In this document: positions 10,909-18,807 of the stretch, piece after piece
Numbering within the stretch: position 1 is the stretch's first letter
Layout of the letters: each line of letters opens with the position of its first letter
NCBI GenBank assembly: GCA_043799545.1
Contig: JAZDNO010000002.1
Span: forward strand, 42,269 to 106,268
Reading direction: 5' to 3'
Length of the DNA: 64,000 bases
Origin: Methanobacteriota archaeon
GTDB taxonomy: Archaea > Thermoplasmatota > Thermoplasmata > SG8-5 > DAIRED01
Made by a program: the position numbers and the translations under genes
Notes under the pieces: generated by a model
Told to the model about the DNA's origin: nothing
The model's database searches: none
What the model saw: the letters and a program-made list of their open reading frames with translations, nothing else

Positions 10909-11463
10909 TCACAATCCTCTGTTCCAGTACAGATATAGCGCAATCGATATTATCCCCACAACTCCGGCCGCGGCCATCGCGACCCCTTCTGCCCCGTCCT
11001 TTGGAGTTGCCGCCTCCTCCTGCACGGGAGGCTCTGGCGTTTCCTCAACTATCGGAACCAGGATGCTGGCGTCGGTATGGTTGGCCTTCATCGCGCTCGC
11101 TATCACTGACATGCCGGCATAAGGCTCCACAGCAACTGAAAAGGCGAACCGCGCGACGCCGTTTTCATCCGTGGATTGCTTCGCGGCGTCAAACACGACC
11201 TCGCCCGACGAGAATGCGTAAACCGTGGCGTTCGCGACCGCCGTCCCGTTGAAATCCACGACCCGCAGAACCAGCACTCCCGTCGTGTTTGGACCGCCCA
11301 CATCTGTGACCGAATCGACCGACATGGCCAATTGGTTGTAGTCCACCGCCGGGGCGGTCGACCCCCTGGGCCATTCGAGCGACGCCGGCTTCGCGGAGCA
11401 GGACGCTGCCGCGGCTGCGATGATGAGTAGAAGGAGGAATGCCGCCAAACCCGAGCCGCGCAT
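10909..11463 (-). CDS. Exported protein with an Ig-like domain and C-terminal TM helix
   Basis: 184 aa with signal peptide, VLRVVDFNGTAVANATV (Big_1/carboxypeptidase-regulatory-like) and a C-terminal hydrophobic helix. Confidence 0.65.
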   Translation of the reverse strand: MRGSGLAAFLLLLIIAAAAASCSAKPASLEWPRGSTAPAVDYNQLAMSVDSVTDVGGPNTTGVLVLRVVDFNGTAVANATVYAFSSGEVVFDAAKQSTDENGVARFAFSVAVEPYAGMSVIASAMKANHTDASILVPIVEETPEPPVQEEAATPKDGAEGVAMAAAGVVGIISIALYLYWNRGL

Positions 11464-11543
11464 GGGCTAACATTCCCGTCGAGAATATAAAAGCAGATTG
11501 GTAAACGGTTTTGTGAAGATTTGCCGGCGATCGGCATTCTGTA

Positions 11544-11698
11544 CAAATCCCAGCTTCAAATAAAAAACAAGTGGGGGCGCTGGGATTCACGACCGCGCTC
11601 CGGCGCGGTCTGGTCGCAAAACTGCGGTTTTGCTCCTGAACCTCCGGTTCAAATCTCAGCTTCAAATAATAAATAAGTGGGGGCGCTGGGATATTCAC
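11544..11698. repeat. Duplicated ~47-bp unit containing the tRNA-Trp 3' end (att-like), separated by two hairpins
   Basis: aagtgggggcgctgggatt (11569-11587) and aagtgggggcgctgggat (11675-11692) match 32249-32267 (19 and 18 bp). Confidence 0.85.
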
Positions 11699-11714
11699 TT
11701 ACTCAGTGTAGCCA

Positions 11715-12056
11715 GTGTATGGCGTCTGGTACCACCCAAAAGCAGAATTACGCCAGAATTCCCCATTTTTTAACGTGCGAACAGCAGATGCGCACAGGGG
11801 GATACCCTTGACGGCTACGATTGATGACTTAGTAAAAGCACATAATACTTTAGAATCAATGATTAAAACCATGTCATCATGCACTCGACCAGTGCAATGC
11901 CATAACTGCCCTAAAAATGAAAGATGTGTTAATGACCTGCACGGATTTGCAGTTAATCTTCAACTATCCATGCAAAACTACGCTCGGATGCACGAAATCG
12001 AGATTTCTGGCTACGACCTCGAACCGATACGCCCAAGCGGAGAGCCACCATGCTAG
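11715..12056 (+). CDS. Hypothetical protein with a Cys cluster (CHNC...C)
   Basis: 113-aa ORF overlapping the start of the 645-aa gene; no recognisable family. Confidence 0.35.
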   Translation: MYGVWYHPKAELRQNSPFFNVRTADAHRGIPLTATIDDLVKAHNTLESMIKTMSSCTRPVQCHNCPKNERCVNDLHGFAVNLQLSMQNYARMHEIEISGYDLEPIRPSGEPPC

Positions 12057-13987
12057 TCACCATCGAACAAGTAAGAAAAATCATTAGCACCATTCCAATT
12101 CAACACCAGGACGACTGGAAATGGATTATCCATTTTTGTGCTAAAGCAACCGATGATGAATTGGCTGACATTATCTACGATCTCCCGGTTCAGGATATTC
12201 AAGCAATCAATACGCGCATGATCAAAGGTAAGTATTTCGCCGAATTCGCCACAGTGATGAAGATAACATCGTCCTACGAGCGCAAGATACAGCAATTTCT
12301 CACGTTAGCACAGGAAACGCTAGAACATGCCGACTTCTCGGGCATGGCCCTTAGAAAGCATATAAGGCGCATTTGCGCCTTGAAGATTCTAGCTATAAAG
12401 GATAAGAAAAAGAGGAAAATCCCAAAGGATGACCTCATTAACACTGCCTGGGACTTGGAAAAGGCCGTATTATTGATTCCTAAGACTTTTCCCCAATGCC
12501 AATGGATTATCAACGGTAACAGAACGCCCGAGAAGATTAAATTCGCTCTGGGCGAACTCAAAGAGGAACTACAACGCTCCAGGATGCGCTTCTCGACCAC
12601 CAGGAGAAGGTATTTCAGAAAGGCGATCTCCCTGAACTACGAAGCCATACTAAAGGAATTCCTGGACACCAAAGGACGTAACCTAAAGCTCCACAAAACA
12701 CGCATCGACCGCCTGGTGATAGACGTTTACCACCCCGAACTGATGACGTTCCATCCGGAGGTAATGTCCATCCTCTCCAGGAACGAAGCCGAGAGGAACG
12801 TAGAATTCGCCAAGTCCAGAATCATTCCACAATCGAAAATTGACGCTCTGCGCAAAATCGAGGGAGAATTCACCGCAGAGGCCGATATCGATTCGATAAC
12901 GAAACAATGGGAATCGGACCGCCAAGAACAGCTGGAAAAAGGCTTCGCCTCGAGGGGAAAGATTATTCAAAAGTATCCTTGGGGGAAAGTCGAATTCACT
13001 TACGAACCACACTCAATCGGGGCACCGATACGCTTACGCTTGATAACCAACGTCCAAAACTGCATTCGCCAGGAGCTATTCGACAGATATCCAGATAAAG
13101 AAGCCATGTACAAAGCTTCTAGCTGGGGCGGCAACAGTGAAATTAACTTCATACTGCCCCAGGACTACGATTACTATTATCAATCGGAACGCCCGAAATG
13201 CGACTGGCTTTACAGCAAGGCCAAAGAACTGTTCATGCAGCTTATCAAAGAAGCCCTGGACATGGCCGTTCAGAACCCAGACAAGCTCATTGTCTATGTA
13301 TCCCAATTCGAAATATGCTGGGAAGAACCCCTTGAAAGAACCCACGCACTCAAACCGTTCACGAAACTCGAATATCCAGCACTATCAACCTACCTAAATG
13401 ACAAAGCCGTAGAAATGAACGGTATTGGCAACTACGTCAATTGCAAGATAGAAAACGGCAGACCGTCATTCTATTGCGATATCGCTTCGCTCGATCCTAC
13501 AACGCCAGTCATGCAATATAAGATTTATCCTAAATTTCATATTGCTGGCAAGACCTACCTTCGACACGAACTGACGAATACTAAGTTCTCCAAATTAATC
13601 GACTCGTCGATAGACAGAGAACAAAGCGGGCTGAGTTATACGTTACTGAACGATCCAGAATTCGCTCGAAAGACATTCGAGGAAATCTTCTGGCTCGAAA
13701 CGTATAACCATCGAGGAGACGGTTATAACCGCAGATACTCCCAGGACACAAGCGACGAAGCTCAACTGAACTTCTTTGCCACTCTCACGGCCAAGGCCGT
13801 GTTCAATCAATCCTACCTGTCCAGGACAGGAGATATGATTCAACTTATGAGAACTGGCAGATGCCCCAAAACAATCCGGGGCAGGCCAAGGAGAACAATG
13901 GAGGAACTAGGTATAATCTCCAAGCAAAATAGAGGAAACTATCTTGCTACTCAACTATACCTCAAATACGCAAATGGAAACGGGTAG
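12050..13987 (+). CDS. Putative replication initiator, divergent Rep_trans-like (rolling-circle) fold
   Basis: 645 aa. Motifs in the order expected for Rep_trans: RIDRLVID ... VSQFEICWE (cf. RLDLAFD) ... YKIYPK (cf. RIYNK) ... YLRHEL (cf. WRVEIE). The ORF is solid; the family call is tentative. Confidence 0.5.
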   Translation: MLVTIEQVRKIISTIPIQHQDDWKWIIHFCAKATDDELADIIYDLPVQDIQAINTRMIKGKYFAEFATVMKITSSYERKIQQFLTLAQETLEHADFSGMALRKHIRRICALKILAIKDKKKRKIPKDDLINTAWDLEKAVLLIPKTFPQCQWIINGNRTPEKIKFALGELKEELQRSRMRFSTTRRRYFRKAISLNYEAILKEFLDTKGRNLKLHKTRIDRLVIDVYHPELMTFHPEVMSILSRNEAERNVEFAKSRIIPQSKIDALRKIEGEFTAEADIDSITKQWESDRQEQLEKGFASRGKIIQKYPWGKVEFTYEPHSIGAPIRLRLITNVQNCIRQELFDRYPDKEAMYKASSWGGNSEINFILPQDYDYYYQSERPKCDWLYSKAKELFMQLIKEALDMAVQNPDKLIVYVSQFEICWEEPLERTHALKPFTKLEYPALSTYLNDKAVEMNGIGNYVNCKIENGRPSFYCDIASLDPTTPVMQYKIYPKFHIAGKTYLRHELTNTKFSKLIDSSIDREQSGLSYTLLNDPEFARKTFEEIFWLETYNHRGDGYNRRYSQDTSDEAQLNFFATLTAKAVFNQSYLSRTGDMIQLMRTGRCPKTIRGRPRRTMEELGIISKQNRGNYLATQLYLKYANGNG

Positions 13988-14119
13988 ATACAAACACCAT
14001 AGACAACCATCGCCAGCCCAGGCTACGCCGTTGGGCAGCTAAATGGTTTATATGGAAAGGTCTGCTCGACCATAGCAATCAGTTTAAACGCAGGCCATTT
14101 CTTCAAAATGGCATACACA

Positions 14120-14340
14120 ATCAGACTTGAATCAAGTCCGATTGACAGCTTAACTAGATAACCGTCAGCACTTGACGGCTCGCCGGGCTGCGCCTCGGCT
14201 CGCCTCGAGATTAGAGGCGTTCCCGGCCTTTCGGCACAGTTTGGGGGCTTGCTGAGCAGCCCCACAAATCTTGGGCGCTACGCCCCCAACGCCCTACACC
14301 TATGGTGATGGGCTAAGGCCACCTTCCAGGTGGCTCAAAG
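14120..14340. other. Cluster of inverted repeats, candidate replication origin
   Basis: GACTTGA-A-TCAAGTC (14124-14138), CCGTCA/TGACGG (14162-14178), CGCCTC/GAGGCG (14201-14219), GGGCG/CGCCC and GCCACCT-TCC-AGGTGGC, in a non-coding region right after the Rep-like gene. Confidence 0.45.
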
Positions 14341-15270
14341 GATTTGCTGGGGAACGTCCATATGGCGAAAATGATTTTCTACCTATGGTGGACCGTAATC
14401 CCACGTTGGATACCAACAATACAGAAGCACACGTCTGAAATAACGTATAATGACGGACTTTCATAAAAGCCCCTCTTTAATGTTCCCGACTACTCTAGTT
14501 TGCCAGACAAAAAGCTTACTCATATCTATCAATATGAGCCAAGATGCACTTAAATTCAATCATTACACTACGCTGCATTCATTCATAAGAGTTTATCACG
14601 GCGAATAAGAGACGATCAAAGTAAGCATTTGTCAAAGGCTAAGACAGTAATCTAGGAACGTTCAATCGAATAGGCTCTAAAAAGCCCATTCTAACTTATA
14701 TTCAGACGTTTTAATGCTTCATGAATGGTAACCAGGATAAGGATTACGTCCTTATGTGGCCTCTCGGCGGAGCCTTCGGCCATCCACATATGACATGCAA
14801 TCGGTGAAAAATCTCCACGGCTACAGCTTAAGGACAGAAACTCAATCCTAACTATAGCCATCCAGCCGTAGTATTTTTAACTATACAACTGTGGCAATCC
14901 TATTTACGCAATTTCAGAACTTATGGCCTTCGGTACCCTCGGGCCAGATAATCATTTCCGGTTCCGGAAAAGATTTCAATGATGCTCAATGGAACGTATC
15001 AGGGAAGGCGATTACCGGAAATGTTATCAGGCCACGGCCATGCCGACCTTCTCCATTTCAGCCTATGCTCGAAGGTCCCACACTGTCAAAATTTCCTTGC
15101 CGTCTTTTCGGTCATTCCAGCACCCCCGATGGAATCGAGGTGCAGTAATGACACCATTGGTTAGGCCGTCCGGGGCGAATGACCGGAGAAGCGTGATAAC
15201 ATCCGAGCCGGGATGGGAATACTCCCATGCCTTTAAAATAAGGGAATTCAGCGACCAGGGGGTATTCTGA

Positions 15271-15564
15271 ATGAGTCCTCCCGTCTGGTTCAAGACACTC
15301 GACCACCTGGCAAGTGTGCCTGGGAATGGGTACACGGACTTGACCGCTCCGAGAGGATGTAACCAGGACGGCATCGCTGCGGCCCTGGGGATAACCAGGG
15401 CGCACGTTGCACTGAATCTGAAGAACCTTGTCAATCGCGAGCTCGTGATGGTGCGTTTGCTACATGTTCCCGGTAAAAACCGGAAGGTCAGGACGTACCA
15501 GCTAACGTTTTACGGTTACAAATTCCTCCACGAGCTTCACACCAGGCGTGGTCAGGAGGTGTGA
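15271..15564 (+). CDS. Winged helix-turn-helix protein
   Basis: NQDGIAAALGITRAHVALNLKNLVNRELV...RTYQLTFYG. Confidence 0.8.
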   Translation: MSPPVWFKTLDHLASVPGNGYTDLTAPRGCNQDGIAAALGITRAHVALNLKNLVNRELVMVRLLHVPGKNRKVRTYQLTFYGYKFLHELHTRRGQEV

Positions 15565-15567
15565 GCG

Positions 15568-15729
15568 ATGTGCCGGTACGATAGGGGCTTCAACAAGGGC
15601 TTCATGTGGGCGATGCGCCACAGCGCCGAGGAGGTCGGGAGGTACCTGGCCTCCCGGCGAGCGAGACCGAAAAGGTCGTACTGGAAGGGGTACATGGACG
15701 GGGTGAGAGCTACGGAGAGGGAGGGATGA
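15568..15729 (+). CDS. Small 53-aa protein, missed by the ORF track
   Basis: AGGAGGT upstream; MCRYDRGFNKGFMWAMRHSAEEVGRYLASRRARPKRSYWKGYMDGVRATEREG, with two Y-x2-G-[FY]-x2-G motifs. Confidence 0.55.
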   Translation: MCRYDRGFNKGFMWAMRHSAEEVGRYLASRRARPKRSYWKGYMDGVRATEREG

Positions 15730-16172
15730 GATAATGCTTCTGGCTTATCCGATTAAATTCTTGTCTGGTAGTATGACCATGATACTATTATGTATTGTGA
15801 TGATTATATGGGATATGATGATAATATGATGCGAAGGCAAGCTCTGTCAGAGTTACCAATCATAAATATTCGGTTTATAGGAGGGTATTATTAATGGAAA
15901 AATGGGAGTCAAAAAGAAAAATATTAATTTTTTATAGTTATTCCCATCTTGATAAATATGATGTTGGAAAATTAAAAAGTATACTTGAAATGCATGGATT
16001 TGCTGGGTTTTTAGCCCATGAAGATATTCAACCATCGAGAGTATGGGAACAAGAAATTTGTGAGGCTATTCAATATTCTGATATCTTCATACCCTTTCTC
16101 ACGAATAACTTTAAAACGTCCACATGGACTGATCAAGAATGTGGGATGGCCATGGCTCAAAATAAAAAGCTA

Positions 16173-16871
16173 ATGAGTGCTCCCAAGGCTAAAGCCTTGG
16201 GTATCCTCATCAGTTAGCTGGAGTAATCGTTCAGAGACCTTTGAGGAGTCATAATTTCAGGCATCATCTTACTGGGCCATGCCCTTGTCGGCGCATTGTC
16301 TGGGTGGTGCTTTTTCTGGGATGATTCGATGTAATGTTTGATGGTCTCCTCGTTCACTTCGCTGATTGGTCGAAAGAACTTGCCAGCGGACCATAGATGG
16401 CACCGGCTGTAGCCATCCAATTCGGGGAAGACAAGTCTCAACTCTCTGGAACTGCAGCCCTTCAGATATTGTATCACCTGGCTAATCGCCTGGGAAGGGC
16501 GGATATTCAAGAACAAGTGTACGTGGTCTTCCATTATTTCGTAAGCCTTGATTTCAAATCCGTGCCTCTCTGCAATCGCAAAGAATATAGCGGCCAATCG
16601 CCCTTTAATGTCTGCTCGGGCAAACATCTTAGAACGTTTGTAGGGCACAAGCACCACATGGTACTGGCAACATCCATAGGCATGGCTGAATGATCTGGCG
16701 GGATCCATTTGTGTCATACTCCTGGCGGTTCCAAGGCGCGCCGCGAAGCGGCGCGCGCCGTCAAAACGCCAGTATCGCGTGTATGGCTAAAAAGATGCCC
16801 CGGGTTAGCCGGTGCTTGCTCGCCCTACATCCCCAACCTAAAGGTTGCGGTATTAGGGCTAGGTCAGCCTA
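16173..16871 (-). mobile_element. IS200-type element (IS200/IS605 family, tnpA only, ~699 bp)
   Basis: Right-end hairpin CCCAAGGC-TAAA-GCCTTGGG near 16182-16201; left-end hairpin GCCCTA..CAACC-TTTA-GGTTG..TAGGGC. On the minus strand the target TTAT precedes the left end and the right end finishes in TCAT. No TSD and no tnpB. The exact junction is ambiguous by a few nt. Confidence 0.85.
16214..16717 (-). CDS. tnpA: Y1 HUH transposase (IS200 TnpA)
   Basis: YHVVLVPYKR, EDHVHLFL (HUH), YLKGCSSR, LWSAGKF and IKHYIESSQ (catalytic Tyr). Confidence 0.95.
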   Translation of the reverse strand: MTQMDPARSFSHAYGCCQYHVVLVPYKRSKMFARADIKGRLAAIFFAIAERHGFEIKAYEIMEDHVHLFLNIRPSQAISQVIQYLKGCSSRELRLVFPELDGYSRCHLWSAGKFFRPISEVNEETIKHYIESSQKKHHPDNAPTRAWPSKMMPEIMTPQRSLNDYSS

Positions 16872-17459
16872 ATAATGCCACTGGAAGTAGATATATTACC
16901 ATATGGATTTTTAAATAAGTATCAAAGCTTTAGATACAATCGTCATTCACCTGAAGTAATGGCTGCTAAAATAATTAAAATCATTATGGGTTCAAATATA
17001 AAAGGTATAAAGAGCAATATGATTAACATGTTCTCGGAAAGTCCCTCATTTGATAAAGCAAAATGTAGGGCTAAAATGCTTAAAAAATTTAATAATTTTA
17101 CCCGAGACGAAATTAATTATATCATTGAAAGTAGCATTAAAAATGACCAAATATATAATTCATTTGGTGCGAGGGATGTATTACTTGAATTTTTAAAGAC
17201 ATACGAAGGCCAAATCGTAGAAAAAAATATTGATAAACTAAAGGATATTTTTTCAAAAAATCCTATAAGTGGTTAGTAATTTGTAATCACCGTATGCCAC
17301 TCTGCCATTCCCTTCTGAAGCAATTTCCTTCGTGCGCTCCGCTGTTTGTATTCAATCGGTTCTGAAAGCCGGAGTTAGGTTATTAATAGGCGAATACCCA
17401 TCATTGGACCGTGAGCGCGAATAGGAACCGTCACTTGGGGGCGAACGGAGGGCGCGAGT

Positions 17460-17834
17460 ATGCCATTATTGTTAGCTAGCCATCGAATGCGAACACTTCT
17501 TGAGAACTTATCTGATTCATTACTTTCTAAATGTCCAAGTATAGAATGGAACGACTCTGATCAATGGAGAACTTTTAAAACAAAACAAAATGGATTAGTT
17601 TTTGTTCGTATCAGACCATACAAAGATTCAATTGCCATTTTTCCACATTTACCACTATCATATATGGAACAGATCGAATCTTTTAAGGTGTTTCCGGTGT
17701 CTGGCAAAAAATGGGAGAAGAAAAGACCATTTCGTTTTAATATCGTAAAACAGGAACAGATTCAGGAAACGATTCACATTTTAATGGATGCTAATTACTA
17801 TACAATCAATGGAACGTTAGAGCACCCACCATGA
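17460..17834 (+). CDS. Hypothetical protein, DUF5655/YdhG-like fold
   Basis: 124 aa; FVRIRPYKDSIAIF...FRFNIVKQEQIQETIHIL pattern. Confidence 0.5.
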   Translation: MPLLLASHRMRTLLENLSDSLLSKCPSIEWNDSDQWRTFKTKQNGLVFVRIRPYKDSIAIFPHLPLSYMEQIESFKVFPVSGKKWEKKRPFRFNIVKQEQIQETIHILMDANYYTINGTLEHPP

Positions 17835-17934
17835 GCCCCCTCCCCCGTGCATGCCATAGAACGACGAAAGGGGGCGTTGATGATGGTATGTTTAAGTCCG
17901 CCGAGGAGGATAGCGGATGCGGAGGCGACAAGTC

Positions 17935-18054
17935 ATGCAATACTCGGGGTTGGACGTGCACAAGGAGTTTTGCCATGGGACAGTGCTGACGGTTCTGTTG
18001 CGTTGTAGAGTTATAGCAACCGCCAAGGATGGACTGTTGCATCGCAGTTGCTGA
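17935..18054 (+). pseudogene. 5' fragment of an IS110-family recombinase
   Basis: GGAGG RBS then MQYSGLDVHKEFCHGTVL, the Y-x-G-L-D-V-H-K N-terminus of IS110 DEDD recombinases. Similarity is lost after about 19 codons and the frame stops at codon 40. Confidence 0.7.
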
Positions 18055-18088
18055 CGGATTGCTTCTCCTCACCTGGCCAAGTATAATC

Positions 18089-18361
18089 CTATTTCTCCAA
18101 CTCTTCGTCCACTTTGCTCAGAAGGGTTGCCACGCGCTTGCCTTTGTCGGTCAGGGAGATTAGCCGCCTCCCGCCGAACTTGTCCTCGGTTTTCTCGACA
18201 ATCAGACCGTCGGCCCTCAGCTCGCCCAGCCTTGAGCTTATCGTGCTGATGCTGCCGCCCGTGGCTTCGGCTAGCTTGGAGAACGGGATGGCCTTTCCCT
18301 CTTGGTGAATGGCGATGAGTACGTCCATCGATTTGCTACGTTCCAAATTTCTGAGACTCAT
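18089..18361 (-). CDS. Winged-HTH (MarR/HxlR-like) regulator
   Basis: MDVLIAI...FSKLAEATGGSISTISSRLGELRADGLI...RRLISLTDKGKRVA. Confidence 0.88.
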   Translation of the reverse strand: MSLRNLERSKSMDVLIAIHQEGKAIPFSKLAEATGGSISTISSRLGELRADGLIVEKTEDKFGGRRLISLTDKGKRVATLLSKVDEELEK

Positions 18362-18474
18362 AGAACGGGTATCGACGGGGGCGCAAATATTCCTTGTTTT
18401 TACTATTATAGGAAATTAATATATCATTCTTCTGCCATAACCCTACTTATTGCAGAAACAAGTAGGTGGTCGGA

Positions 18475-18612
18475 ATGGCTGACGAAATGGACGAGATTAT
18501 CGAGATGGTGGCCCGGTGGGTGAGGCCTAACGTTGACATGGCAGAGCTGAAGGCATCCCCGTTCTACGGCTCGGTCAAGAATAAGGTCGAGGAACTGATA
18601 GGCAGGGAGTAA
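18475..18612 (+). CDS. Small 45-aa helical protein, missed by the ORF track
   Basis: AGGTGG RBS; MADEMDEIIEMVARWVRPNVDMAELKASPFYGSVKNKVEELIGRE; divergent from the wHTH gene. Confidence 0.55.
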   Translation: MADEMDEIIEMVARWVRPNVDMAELKASPFYGSVKNKVEELIGRE

Positions 18613-18807
18613 TCTCTGTGCGGTCACGTGGTGGCATCTTTTTATCTATCCTAGTTGTGCTAGAATTCGTTATCAAGTATCAGACTGTGCTCTCCTCGTC
18701 GGTCAACTGCCCTCCTTTTGCTTCCGTTCACAAATCAGTTTACAAAACAGATTATATACACCCTATCCTATCTCATCATCGCAATACGCTAGGAGAGAGG
18801 GGTCGCG

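Larger units (their letters stand above)
15894..17276 (+). pseudogene. TIR-domain protein gene interrupted by IS200
   Basis: IFYSYSHLD...FLAHEDI...WEQEI...DIFIPFLTNNFKTSTWTDQECG (TIR_2-like, catalytic Glu). Removing 16173-16871 joins ...NKKL to IMPLEVDILPYGFL... in frame (~227 aa). Confidence 0.88.

Noticed and set aside
14989-15270. 93-aa ORF abutting the wHTH gene
   Set aside because: No clear RBS or motif, and several equally weak overlapping ORFs exist.
16173-16871. TnpB/omegaRNA RNA-guided system
   Set aside because: The element is about 700 bp with tnpA only; about 40 bp separate the tnpA stop from the right end, leaving no room for tnpB or an omegaRNA.
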